A stretch of DNA of 54,000 nt, from the NCBI GenBank assembly GCA_002309475.1, contig DBXJ01000022.1, forward strand, positions 1 to 54,000, given 5' to 3'. Positions within the stretch are counted from its first letter, which is position 1, and each line of letters begins with the position of its first letter. The notes beneath the pieces were generated by a model. It was not told where the DNA came from and made no database searches. It saw only the letters and a program-made list of their open reading frames with translations. This DNA is from Bacteroidales bacterium UBA1215 (lineage in GTDB: Bacteria > Bacteroidota > Bacteroidia > Bacteroidales > WCHB1-69). This document shows positions 19,885 to 29,481 of this stretch, piece by piece. Position numbers and translations under genes: made by a program.

Positions 19885-22299
19885 TTAAGGTTTGCTGAAT
19901 ATGGTAACGGAACCTTGCTGTATGATGGGGGGCATATCTTTGCTATAGGCCTTTGCCACCCAGTAGTACACGCCGTCGCTGACTCTTTTTCCGTTGGAAT
20001 CACAACCATCCCACCAGAAGAGGTCGTCCTCATAGTGCGGACATTGTCCGTCGTTGCACGACTGTTGCCAAACGGTGGTACCCCAGCGGTTGTAAACGCT
20101 TATTTCGAAGGCGTCGAATAGAACTTTGTCTTCCACGGGTCGAAAATAATACAATGAGCCATCTGTCCCGACAGGTGTGAATACGTTAGGAAAGACAAAG
20201 GGACTGACAATATTTATCACATGGGAAATGCTGTCGGTGCATCCGTTGGTGTCGGTGACGAGCAAGGTGACATTATAGGCACCTTCTGCGGTGAATATAT
20301 GATTAGGGTTTTGTATGCTATCGGTGTGGCTGTCGCCCATATTCCAGTGCCAAGAGCAAATCGGAGCATAGGGGTCTGTGGATTGGTCGTGGAAATACAC
20401 GGCATAGTTGACGGTAGCCGTAGCGGGTATTGCTTCAAATTCGGCAAGGGGACCGCCTATGCTGTCAATGAAAATATCTTGCTCCAGTAGGCAGACGGAG
20501 TCGGAAATAAAAACATGATACCATCCAGCTGTCAAGCCTTGTATGGTATCTTGGAAGTAGGTGTTGTTATTGATGGTGTATTGTACATTTTGTGGGAGAG
20601 CACTATTGGTGGAGCAGATGATGGTTCCATCTGCCAGCCGGCAGTGTTCGGAAGTGGAGTGTAATTCCGCTTGCAAGTCCACCACATGGAGAATGGAGGC
20701 AATGCGTTGAGAATTTCTATTGGTGTCAATCACTTCCATTTCAATGGTGTAGGTTCCTTTTGAAAAATAGTGGCTCCAAGAGTTTTGGTCTCTTGCGGTA
20801 AGCACTTCCACACTATCGATATACCATTTGATATGTCCGGGCAGTGTACCGGTGTCTCCGCTGATGTCTGAGGTGAAAGTGATTTCCTGCTCACAGAAAA
20901 AATGGTCGGGCAGGTCGGCATAGAAAATACCATTACCATAAAAAGCCGAGAGCAAATTAGTGAGTTTAGCACTTTGCATATAATAACTTTGTGTTCGACC
21001 AATTCCGTATAGATATACAATCAATCCGCCAGCATTGTTGACAAACAGATAGGTGTTGGAGTCGGTGGACAGGGACATATCGTAGTAGGAAAATCCTGAA
21101 GGGTGGTCTATCCACTTTCCACCATGCAGAGCGGTGTCTTTTTGTCCGTTTATATTGAAATAGGTGCTATTTTTGGCATCGGTAGAGCATACTATCATGG
21201 CCATATTGTAAGGAGGAGGGTTAATAGTTGGGCGGTAGTGAACTATAGTAAACGGACTGATAAGAATAGAGTCGGTTCTTTGGGCAACAGAGGCAATCCA
21301 TGTTTTGGATGGGTCGCTCATTGGGGTGGACATATTGTGGTATTCGCTTGTCATTTGGGATGTGACAATAATAGGTTTGTCAGCTTGAAGATAACAGGCA
21401 CTGTCCAAAGAGTCCCTGTAAATTTCCATCCAAAACCATTCCCCTTTTTTTAAATTGTTGGTACGAGTAACACCCATATTGAAATCTTGATGTGGTGGGG
21501 TGGTTACTATTTTTCCTCTTCTGGCAACCACATTAGTATTGTTTTGGGTAGCCAATACTTGTATATATTCTCTTTTAAAGGAGGTAACCGGTATAAAATA
21601 ACTAGTACCGATAGAACGAACAGGTGGTAGTTGTGTTAATAAGCAATCACCGGAACCTGCTAACTGCATCAATGCATCAGCACTGAATACGCCGATGGGT
21701 TTATTGCCGGATATTTTGGTGCCGGTAGGAAAAAATCCATGATAGGTGTCTCCGCGGTGGAGGGTGTCTATAATGGTTTGGTCGGCATAAATAACGGTGC
21801 TGTCTTGGTCGGCTACAATCATGGTGCAGGGTATCCACTCCATTGAGTCATGTTGTTGCACAGGATTGATGACATAGTATGTATTACCCCATGTAGGAGT
21901 AGGGTATATTTGTGTTGCATCATTACTAGCCAAACGATATGTATGAGTTGAAACTATCACAGGCATTTCAGAGGTGATATGAACGCTGAGATTGTCTTTG
22001 CCTAATTGTTGATATTTGTTTGTACAATATTGCCTTTGAAGTCCTTGGATAGTATATCTGAAAGTGCCGAAGGCATTGACTTGGAAGGGAATTGTATCTT
22101 TGGACTGTGTAAAGTATATCTCTCCGGAAGTATTGTACAAAGAAGAAATGCTGATAGAGATATCATTAAGAGTGTCAGATATTTTCAATCTTGTGTTTTG
22201 GTAGGTGACCCAAAAATCGGTGCCTGCAGTATTGTTTTGTGCTTGGGCGTGCTGCAAAAACAAAAAACATAACAATAACAGACAGACCGGCTTTTTCAT
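19885..22299 (-). CDS. T9SS type B (gliding-associated CTD) surface protein with IgGFc-binding-like N-terminal region and PKD domain(s)
   Basis: Signal peptide; GTDFWVTY; DATQIYPTPTWGNTY; PKD SWHWNMGD...NPNHIF...YNVTLLVTDTNGC; CTD FPNVFTP...VYNRWG...WWDG...DGVYYW...QGSVTIF. Confidence 0.88.
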   Translation of the reverse strand: MKKPVCLLLLCFLFLQHAQAQNNTAGTDFWVTYQNTRLKISDTLNDISISISSLYNTSGEIYFTQSKDTIPFQVNAFGTFRYTIQGLQRQYCTNKYQQLGKDNLSVHITSEMPVIVSTHTYRLASNDATQIYPTPTWGNTYYVINPVQQHDSMEWIPCTMIVADQDSTVIYADQTIIDTLHRGDTYHGFFPTGTKISGNKPIGVFSADALMQLAGSGDCLLTQLPPVRSIGTSYFIPVTSFKREYIQVLATQNNTNVVARRGKIVTTPPHQDFNMGVTRTNNLKKGEWFWMEIYRDSLDSACYLQADKPIIVTSQMTSEYHNMSTPMSDPSKTWIASVAQRTDSILISPFTIVHYRPTINPPPYNMAMIVCSTDAKNSTYFNINGQKDTALHGGKWIDHPSGFSYYDMSLSTDSNTYLFVNNAGGLIVYLYGIGRTQSYYMQSAKLTNLLSAFYGNGIFYADLPDHFFCEQEITFTSDISGDTGTLPGHIKWYIDSVEVLTARDQNSWSHYFSKGTYTIEMEVIDTNRNSQRIASILHVVDLQAELHSTSEHCRLADGTIICSTNSALPQNVQYTINNNTYFQDTIQGLTAGWYHVFISDSVCLLEQDIFIDSIGGPLAEFEAIPATATVNYAVYFHDQSTDPYAPICSWHWNMGDSHTDSIQNPNHIFTAEGAYNVTLLVTDTNGCTDSISHVINIVSPFVFPNVFTPVGTDGSLYYFRPVEDKVLFDAFEISVYNRWGTTVWQQSCNDGQCPHYEDDLFWWDGCDSNGKRVSDGVYYWVAKAYSKDMPPIIQQGSVTIFSKP

Positions 22300-22315
22300 A
22301 AAAAGGGGTAGGTTT

Positions 22316-23548
22316 TTATAATTTGACTAATTTCTTTGTGCAAGTAAAACCATCCGTTTGTATTTTTACAAAATAGATACCTTTGGACAAGCCGGAGATG
22401 TCTATCTGCCGGCTGTGGGAGATATGACGAATCATTTTTCCCGACAAGTCGTAGATGATAATGTCGTTTATGGACGCATCGGTGGCAATCTGCACCATGT
22501 CGTAAGCAGGATTGGGGTATAGTACTACAGAAGGACGAGTGTCCTGTATTTCTTCTATAGATACTTCTTGATCAAAGACGGCGGTGATGAGGGTGTCTTG
22601 TGTTACCTTGAAAGAAAGTGTGGCATTGGTGGAAATGGTTTGTCCATTGCTTTTCCATCCGCCGAACCTACCGTTGTTGAACGGAACAGCCCTTACAGTG
22701 ACGGTTTCTCCCGCTTGGTAAAATCTGTTTTCCACACCCTGTACAATGCCACATTCTTTGTTGTTGCTTGTTACGGCTACAGCATAACCGTCTCCTGCTT
22801 CAATGAGAAAATCCTGCCAGACGGGAGTGCTTTTGTAAATTTGCACCGAAGCGGCGGGTACTGTCAAACGGCAAGAGCCTCTGTTAACATTAGAAAAAAC
22901 GGAAGTGTCTTTCAATGCGGGGGGAGTTATACATGGACAATAAATGGATTTTAGCGGAGTATATGCGAAAGCAGATTGGTATATCAAGGAAAGTGATGCC
23001 GGAAATGTGATGGAGGATAAGGTGGATGATTGAAATGCACCCACCCAGATAGTGTCGATATTTTGCGGAATGTCGGTGTGTTTGATTTTTGTGCGAGCAA
23101 AAACATTGCCGTCAATATGTTTCAATGAAGCGGGAAGATGCAAAGTGTCTTGTAGGTGGGTGAAATAAAAAGCACTTCCGTCGATATTGTAAATACTATC
23201 AGGAAGTTGTATTTCGGTCAAATTGGAATCGTATTGAAATGCTGACACATTAATGTTTTTCATGGTTTTAGGCAAAGATACGGTTTGTAAATTGATAAAA
23301 CGCTGCATGCCCCGAACACTTGTAATACCTTCATCTATCACTACATGCTTGATAGAGGAGGCGTATGAATACCACTTAAGGTCGGTGCTTCCCGGTATGT
23401 CTCCGGTGCCGAATATATGCAGTGTTGTGTCATTGTTGTTAATAAGCAATTCCCAATAAACATCCGTATAGCCGATTCTAACAGGTTGTGCGGTGGTGTA
23501 GGCAAACACACCCAATAATAAGGTTAATGCTATTATTTTATCTTTCAT
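22316..23548 (-). CDS. BspA-like leucine-rich-repeat surface protein with T9SS type A CTD
   Basis: LRR units (LPDSIYNIDGSAF, LPASLKHIDGNVF, FPASLSLIYQSAF); LTVPAASVQIYKSTPVWQDF; B-repeat-like module; CTD LYPNPA...YDLSGK...SKGIYFVKI...KKLVKL. Confidence 0.9.
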   Translation of the reverse strand: MKDKIIALTLLLGVFAYTTAQPVRIGYTDVYWELLINNNDTTLHIFGTGDIPGSTDLKWYSYASSIKHVVIDEGITSVRGMQRFINLQTVSLPKTMKNINVSAFQYDSNLTEIQLPDSIYNIDGSAFYFTHLQDTLHLPASLKHIDGNVFARTKIKHTDIPQNIDTIWVGAFQSSTLSSITFPASLSLIYQSAFAYTPLKSIYCPCITPPALKDTSVFSNVNRGSCRLTVPAASVQIYKSTPVWQDFLIEAGDGYAVAVTSNNKECGIVQGVENRFYQAGETVTVRAVPFNNGRFGGWKSNGQTISTNATLSFKVTQDTLITAVFDQEVSIEEIQDTRPSVVLYPNPAYDMVQIATDASINDIIIYDLSGKMIRHISHSRQIDISGLSKGIYFVKIQTDGFTCTKKLVKL

Positions 23549-23598
23549 TGTTAATTGTTTTATAATCTTTTAATTTGCAAAGATAGCATTTTTTTTAA

Positions 23599-23639
23599 TT
23601 TACAAATTACAAAAATAACATTTTTTTCCCAAATGGCAG
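23599..23639. repeat. 41-bp direct repeat, right copy
   Basis: TTTACAAATTACAAAAATAACATTTTTTTCCCAAATGGCAG; adjacent to a further promoter motif TATCTTTG (- strand) at 23578-23585. Confidence 0.9.
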
Positions 23640-23718
23640 GAAAATTTAAAAAATCACTTTTCCCATAGTGAGCATGTTCAATTATATTAATGTATATAAA
23701 GTCTTAAAGAACAGGAAT

Positions 23719-23750
23719 AAAAAAAAGCGGCTCGGAGAGCCGCTCAAAAA
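23719..23750 (-). terminator. Rho-independent terminator of the oxidoreductase gene
   Basis: On the - strand: AGCGGCTC-TCC-GAGCCGCT followed by a T run. Confidence 0.85.
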
Positions 23751-23770
23751 AACCACGTATAGAGTAATTA

Positions 23771-26700
23771 TTACTTAAAAGCGTTTTCGCTTAATCCTTT
23801 GCCGGTAATTTTCAAATCTTCCATGTAGGCAGGAACTTGGTTGCCCAAATACTTGTCAACATAGATTTTTGCCAAATATTGTCCTAACATAAATCCATGT
23901 CCGCGGAGGCCTACCAGCAATCCCACTTCAGGGTCAACAATATACCGAGGTTCGGTATAGTAGCCTGCCCAAACAGCGTGGAAGCCGACATTGGCTAAAT
24001 CAGGAATCCAGTCAGCAAACATTTCTGCAACAATCTGTAGGAATTCTTTGCTATTGTATTTCAAATTTTGACGGGCTTCGTAGGAGTCGGTGTCAGGGGA
24101 GGCACAGCCGATAATTTGTCCTGTATGCAGGAATTGTTGTCCGTAAACGGCGGTGAAGCCTTTGTAGTGCCTACGGTCGATAATCATGTCCAAGGAATCG
24201 CCCTGTCGGCCTAAATTCGGCAAACGGCGGGTGATAAATGCTTGGTGTTTTACAGGATAGAGGTGAGTATCCAATCCCAACATTTTGGCAAATTTTTGAG
24301 CTCCCGGACCGAGTGAATTTACAAAATGGTCGCAAGTGTATTCAATCCAAGTGTGGTCGTGTGCCTGTACCAGTGCCACATATTGATTGCCTTGTTTGCT
24401 TACATGTTCCAAACGGCAATCTTCCATCAAAACACCACCGGCACGAATTGCCAAATCGCGGACAAAGTCTATGGTTTTGCCCGGTGTTGCCTGCCAGCAG
24501 TCGTTGGAGATAAGTGCGTGAGAATAAACAGTATTGTTGATATTCCAAGCAGGAGAGATTTCTTTTTGGAAGTCTTTGCGTTCTATCATATAGGCATCCG
24601 ACCAAGCACGGGAAGCGTCCAAGGCATCGTAGGTGGCTTGGTCGTGTACTAAATTGACATAGCGGGTAGGTTTGTAGTCAATATTGTGCACTTTTTGCAA
24701 AGCACGGAAAATATCTTGATTGTGGTTGGCAATATCGGAGATATCCGGGTTGGAGAAGGCGGGACGTCCACCGCCAATGCAACGCCATGAAGAACCCCGC
24801 TCGCTATTGACTAAAACAGGTTTCAATCCTGCTTCTGCAAAATATCTGAACAAACCGCTTCCTGCCATACCGCCTCCTGCAATGAGTACATTTACATGCT
24901 CTTTTCTTACGTTAGAAGTATTATATACAAAGGTTTCGTGAGCTTTTGCATTGTATACATCGCCTAAGGTAACTTGGTTGGCAAGAGGTGCACGAGGACT
25001 TGCATCTCCATATACTTCAATACCATGGCTGCGCAAAATTTGACGGGCACGCGGGATACAGCGTTTTCCACGGCATGGTCCCATACCCATACGGGTGGTG
25101 TGTTTCAATTCATCTACAGAGATGAATTTTCTGTCGCCAATAACTTCTAATAATTTTTCCAGAGTTACATCTTCGCAGTGGCAAACGTATGTTTTTGTAT
25201 CTATTGCTTGTAGGGGTTTGAACTGAATAGGTTGCGGATATCTGTCTTTCAAAATAAATCCTCTTACATCGGTCAGGTCGCAATCGCATGCGGTGGCTTT
25301 AACTCTTGCAACATGGGTTTTATTGTCTTTTTTCAGCAATTTTTCTATCATGCCTTCGGCGATTTTTTTGCCGTTGTTGTCAACAAGATATACTTCAGCA
25401 CCTTCAGCCACTTCGTATTCTACCGGCAAAAAGACGCAATTTTTGTTCAAATCGTAGCCGAAAATTGCCAGTCCCGGACAATGGTTGACACATTGCATAC
25501 AGCCGATACATTTTTCGTAGTCGATTCTGGGAGTGGACGATGTGCTTGCCTTGGCAATGGCACCTTGCGGACATGAAAACGAGCATGGATTGCAGGCGAA
25601 ACCATAGATACAATCTGCTATAACAAAAGGTTTGGCTTGCATTCTTTCTGCAGTCGGCTTTAATGGCTCTTGCAAAACTCTGGTAGGCTTTTGTTGTGAT
25701 TCAACATATTGTTTAGAAGTTTCTAAATATTCTTCATAGTTGTAGCGGATACCTAAATTTTGTGCAATTTCAAAAGCGGCTTGTTTGCCTCTTAAGACAG
25801 CACTTGTTCCTTCACCAATGCGGACTGCATCGCCGACGCCGAATGTATTGGCACCGAATACTTGTTTGCCTTTGGTAAGGATTTGGTCGTCGGGTATCAA
25901 ACCGGTACAAATATTAATGATGTCGATATCGTCAATAATTTTTTCAGTTCCGGCAATAGGTTGGAAATTTTTGCATTCTGCAATCACTGCACCTGTAATG
26001 CCGGTGTGGTCTTTGTTAGGAATGGCTTTCAACAAAATATGAGATGTCATAATAGGAATACCTAAGCGGCGGACACGATTGGCTTGTACAGGGAAACCTC
26101 CTTCGTGGTCCATTCCTTCTATAATGGCTTTGATGGTGGCACCGGCTTGCATGCCTTGATAAGAAGTCAGGTAACCGATGTTGCCGGCTCCTACTGTCAG
26201 CACTTTTTTGCCGAGCAGAGTATGTTCTTGATTCATCATCTTTTGGAAGACGGCTGCAGTGTAAACACCCGGAAGATCGTCGTTTTCAAAAGTGGGCATA
26301 AAAGGAACTGCTCCTGTTGCCACAACCAAACATTCTGCATCAACGTATGAAATTTCTTGAGTAACAATATTCTTGATGGCAATGCGTTTGCCTTCCAACA
26401 AATCCCAAACGGTATTGTTGAGCAAAATGCCGTTTTCATTGTCGCCGGCTAAAGTTTTTGCAATGTCAAAACCTCTCATGCCGCCATATTTTTTCTCTTT
26501 TTCAAAGAAGAAAAATTGGTGTGTTTGCATGTTGAATTGACCGCCTACTTGAGCATTGTTGTCAATAACCAAGTTGTCAATGCCCAGTTCGTTGAGTTTT
26601 TCTCTGCATGCCAAACCTGCAGGACCCGCTCCGATAATAGCTACACGGGTTTTGTAGATATGTACTTCTGTTTGAGGATTTTCTGCATAGGTGGGTTGGT

Positions 26701-26989
26701 AGTCCTTGGGAATTTCTCTCACTTCGTGTATGCCGTCAACTTTGGTAATGCAAATACGGCGAATTTGTCCGTCCACCAGCATTTCGCAGGCACCGCATTT
26801 GCCGATGCCGCATTCCAAACTACGTTCACGACCATCTAAGCTATGGCTGTGAACGGGAAATCCGGCTTGATGCAAAGCTGCTGCAATCGTGTAGCCTTTT
26901 TTGCCGTTTACTTTTTGGCCATTGTAGATAAATGACACAGATTCAGTTTCTTGAATGTCTAATATGGGGTGTTTTGTAATCGCTTGCAT
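23771..26989 (-). CDS. Multidomain flavo-iron-sulfur oxidoreductase (2Fe-2S, FAD/NAD(P)-binding, 2x4Fe-4S, BFD-like 2Fe-2S, DAO-type FAD domain)
   Basis: CGIGKCGAC...RIC; IIGAGPAG; VGAGNIG; FACNPCSFSCP and CIGCMQCVNHCP; CHCEDV...GMGPCRGKRC; IAGGGMAG; WAGYY; GHGFM. Confidence 0.9.
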   Translation of the reverse strand: MQAITKHPILDIQETESVSFIYNGQKVNGKKGYTIAAALHQAGFPVHSHSLDGRERSLECGIGKCGACEMLVDGQIRRICITKVDGIHEVREIPKDYQPTYAENPQTEVHIYKTRVAIIGAGPAGLACREKLNELGIDNLVIDNNAQVGGQFNMQTHQFFFFEKEKKYGGMRGFDIAKTLAGDNENGILLNNTVWDLLEGKRIAIKNIVTQEISYVDAECLVVATGAVPFMPTFENDDLPGVYTAAVFQKMMNQEHTLLGKKVLTVGAGNIGYLTSYQGMQAGATIKAIIEGMDHEGGFPVQANRVRRLGIPIMTSHILLKAIPNKDHTGITGAVIAECKNFQPIAGTEKIIDDIDIINICTGLIPDDQILTKGKQVFGANTFGVGDAVRIGEGTSAVLRGKQAAFEIAQNLGIRYNYEEYLETSKQYVESQQKPTRVLQEPLKPTAERMQAKPFVIADCIYGFACNPCSFSCPQGAIAKASTSSTPRIDYEKCIGCMQCVNHCPGLAIFGYDLNKNCVFLPVEYEVAEGAEVYLVDNNGKKIAEGMIEKLLKKDNKTHVARVKATACDCDLTDVRGFILKDRYPQPIQFKPLQAIDTKTYVCHCEDVTLEKLLEVIGDRKFISVDELKHTTRMGMGPCRGKRCIPRARQILRSHGIEVYGDASPRAPLANQVTLGDVYNAKAHETFVYNTSNVRKEHVNVLIAGGGMAGSGLFRYFAEAGLKPVLVNSERGSSWRCIGGGRPAFSNPDISDIANHNQDIFRALQKVHNIDYKPTRYVNLVHDQATYDALDASRAWSDAYMIERKDFQKEISPAWNINNTVYSHALISNDCWQATPGKTIDFVRDLAIRAGGVLMEDCRLEHVSKQGNQYVALVQAHDHTWIEYTCDHFVNSLGPGAQKFAKMLGLDTHLYPVKHQAFITRRLPNLGRQGDSLDMIIDRRHYKGFTAVYGQQFLHTGQIIGCASPDTDSYEARQNLKYNSKEFLQIVAEMFADWIPDLANVGFHAVWAGYYTEPRYIVDPEVGLLVGLRGHGFMLGQYLAKIYVDKYLGNQVPAYMEDLKITGKGLSENAFK

Positions 26990-27168
26990 ACGCTATGATT
27001 ATTTTGTTATATTAATGATAAATTTGAAAGTGCAAATGTAGATAAAAAAATGTAAAAAAAAAGAGAAATATCTTTTTTTGTTATAAATTTCAATATTTTT
27101 TAAAAATATTTGGTATAAAAAATCTGTGAACGGATAGTTTATGGTAGAAAAAACAATAGGGTAGTGCT

Positions 27169-27522
27169 CTAATAACATATATCTCTTTCCAACTGTCCGC
27201 CAAGGTCATAGTCATAATTTATTATTTCGTTGTCGGGGTAGGTAATATTTAAAATCCTGCCCCAGCTGTCGTACTCAAACAATGTGCTTAAGGCAAGCGG
27301 CTGAGAAAGGAACGGCAAAGCGTAAATCCTTGTTTCCTTGGTTACCTCGCCCATATTGCCGTACTCATAGCACATTACGCCGCTTTCGTCGTAAACACTG
27401 TCGGGCTGTCCGTAGGCATTATAATGATAAACGGTGCTCAAAGCATCATCATAGCTTACGTTGTCCAAACGGTGGGCGGTGTAATGGTAGTGGGTGGTTT
27501 TGGTTGCTTGCCTATGTTTCAT
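27169..27522 (-). pseudogene. Internal Rhs/YD-repeat fragment
   Basis: YNAYGQ, YEYGNMGEVTKETR, FEYDSWGRILNITYPDNEIINYDYDLGGQL. Only 117 aa, with no core terminus or toxin domain. Confidence 0.75.
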
Positions 27523-27600
27523 TTTGCAAAGATAGTTATTTTATGAATATAAATAATTTGCATTTATTTGTTGAATTTAGGTTTTTTATCTGTTTTTAGA
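27521..27600. repeat. Promoter-containing intergenic element shared with the 53.5-53.96 kb region
   Basis: 27521-27554 is 32/34 identical to 53491-53524. TTTTTATCTGTTTTTAGA occurs at 27583-27600 and 53945-53962. Confidence 0.8.
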
Positions 27601-27630
27601 AGTATACTATAATTTTTTGAGAGTATTATT

Positions 27631-28284
27631 TTAGCGAAAAATAAAATAAGAGTTGAATACATTTCCAATTGGATAAAATATCAAAAACTCTTGTATTATC
27701 AAACTATCACAAACACCATGATCTTTTACAATATCTGAATAATATGCATTGAACGATCCATTTTTATACGATACATTTGCTTGATGAGTTTTATATAAAA
27801 AATTTTTTTCATAATAAAAAAAGATAGTATCCTGTACTCGTTCTAAACTATCCAACAAATAACCATAACTATTTTCACCAGCTGTCCAATTCACATTTTC
27901 TATTTTTCCAGTACCATTTCCATGATAAATGTATGCATATTCTGACACAATATATATCTTCTTTTGTTTAAATAATAAAGTATCTATCAATTCCCATAAA
28001 ATTGTGTCTTTTTCGTTACAATTATGTGAAATATTAAAGCGAATATAAATTGTATCATTACAAACTCTATTTACATTTGGTATATCATAATCTTCTGGTA
28101 TTATTATTTCTTTCTGGATATTTTTATTTCTTAAACAAAGTTTGATCTGATTGCCGTTATTATACAACAAAACAGCTTGAGTATCATCAATAATATACTC
28201 TTGATATGGATGTTTTGGAAAATTATTATTATAACACCCCCAAAATAATAATATTATTGAAATAAAAAAAACTAATCTTTCCAT
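27631..28284 (-). CDS. Lipoprotein, putative immunity protein of the upstream Rhs toxin
   Basis: Lipobox-like LFWGC; very AT-rich; start overlaps the toxin 3' end. Confidence 0.6.
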   Translation of the reverse strand: MERLVFFISIILLFWGCYNNNFPKHPYQEYIIDDTQAVLLYNNGNQIKLCLRNKNIQKEIIIPEDYDIPNVNRVCNDTIYIRFNISHNCNEKDTILWELIDTLLFKQKKIYIVSEYAYIYHGNGTGKIENVNWTAGENSYGYLLDSLERVQDTIFFYYEKNFLYKTHQANVSYKNGSFNAYYSDIVKDHGVCDSLIIQEFLIFYPIGNVFNSYFIFR

Positions 28285-29246
28285 ATGTCAGAATACCTTC
28301 TAATATAATCATCTATAGATTTAATTCCTTCATATCCTATTCTTTGGAAAAAATTTGATATAGGAGCTTCTCCATATGTTCGTTGTCCTGATGGTGAAGG
28401 TGGATAAGCAAGGGCTTTAATATACAATTTATTATATGAACCTATCAATTCATTTAAATTATTGCCAGACAATTCAAATGCCCCAAATCTTGCTAATATT
28501 TCTGTTTTAGAAAAACCTAATTTCTTACCAATAAATCCAGCTGCATAATTACCTAAATCTCTAGGGCTAAAATATACCATATTGCTTATTTGTGATCCGT
28601 TTTTTAAACGTGATTTCGGATCAAAAATACCGCCATTTACTGCCATTATTCCATATTTCAAGATTCCATCTTTTTGATTAATACATGCATTGTTTATCCA
28701 TAATTCAAAATAATCCATCCATTTCTTCGCAGCATATGAACCAAAATCAATTATATCATTTTCTCTAAATGAATTCTCATGTAAGGTATATCCAACCAAA
28801 TTTTCCATATCATTTGAGAATTTTTTCCCATTTTCAAATGCTTTAATTTCATCTTGAGAATGTTTATAAATTCCAATATTGCCATCATTATAAACCTTGA
28901 TAACTTTTCCATTTTCATCAGTATGGGTAGAAAACTCCTCCCCGCTCGGATCCACATACTTCACCGGATTGTTGGCACAATAAGCATAAGGAGACATCCA
29001 GAAGTACTTTTCAAAATGAGGGTCTCTACTCGTAAACACCGGCGGTTTGTAATACCTTGCTTCATAATAATACATACCCGTTTCCTCATCCAACTCTTTT
29101 GCGTTAAAAGCGTACTTCGGAAATGCTTCACCCATAACATGTGTATTGTATTCGGAGATAATTTCTCCGTAAGGAGCGTAAAGAAAACTTTCCGTTTTAT
29201 AAATCGGAAATGAATAGTCGGCTGTTGCTCTCTTTGCTGGAATCAT
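28272..29246 (-). CDS. Orphan Rhs-core protein with C-terminal polymorphic toxin domain (Ntox44-like)
   Basis: YAPYGE; YAFNAKELDEETGMYYYEARYY; SPYAYCANNPVKYVDPSG; CT motif DLGNYAAGFIGKKLGFS...FG. Start at 29246 chosen because promoter motif TATATTTG lies at 29269-29276. Confidence 0.85.
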   Translation of the reverse strand: MIPAKRATADYSFPIYKTESFLYAPYGEIISEYNTHVMGEAFPKYAFNAKELDEETGMYYYEARYYKPPVFTSRDPHFEKYFWMSPYAYCANNPVKYVDPSGEEFSTHTDENGKVIKVYNDGNIGIYKHSQDEIKAFENGKKFSNDMENLVGYTLHENSFRENDIIDFGSYAAKKWMDYFELWINNACINQKDGILKYGIMAVNGGIFDPKSRLKNGSQISNMVYFSPRDLGNYAAGFIGKKLGFSKTEILARFGAFELSGNNLNELIGSYNKLYIKALAYPPSPSGQRTYGEAPISNFFQRIGYEGIKSIDDYIRRYSDIWKD

Positions 29247-29447
29247 GATTGTTTGAGTTTTCAATTTGCAAATATACAATTTTTTTATAAAACAGATGAA
29301 CAAGGGAAAAATAACAAGAGAAAGTTTTAAGACATCAATCAAAGAAAGAACATTTTAATGCTTTTGCAATATGCTGGTGGATTGCTTGATAAAATTTATT
29401 AGAAGAAAATTTTGGAAGAAAAAAGGGAAAAATTAAAAAAAAAATTG

Positions 29448-29455
29448 TACCTTTG
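29448..29455 (+). promoter_or_regulatory. -7 promoter element for the glycogen synthase-domain/DUF4270/glmS operon
   Basis: TACCTTTG. Confidence 0.65.
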
Positions 29456-29481
29456 CAGATAATTTAAAGGTAAAAAGTTTT

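Noticed and set aside
19885-23548. DGR target or invertible-promoter phase variation of the adhesins
   Set aside because: No reverse transcriptase, no TR/VR pair seen, and the flanking repeats are direct rather than inverted.
29247-29342. N-terminal hydrophobic extension of the Rhs ORF given by the track
   Set aside because: Runs through the promoter motif at 29269-29276 from a non-ATG start; likely not translated.
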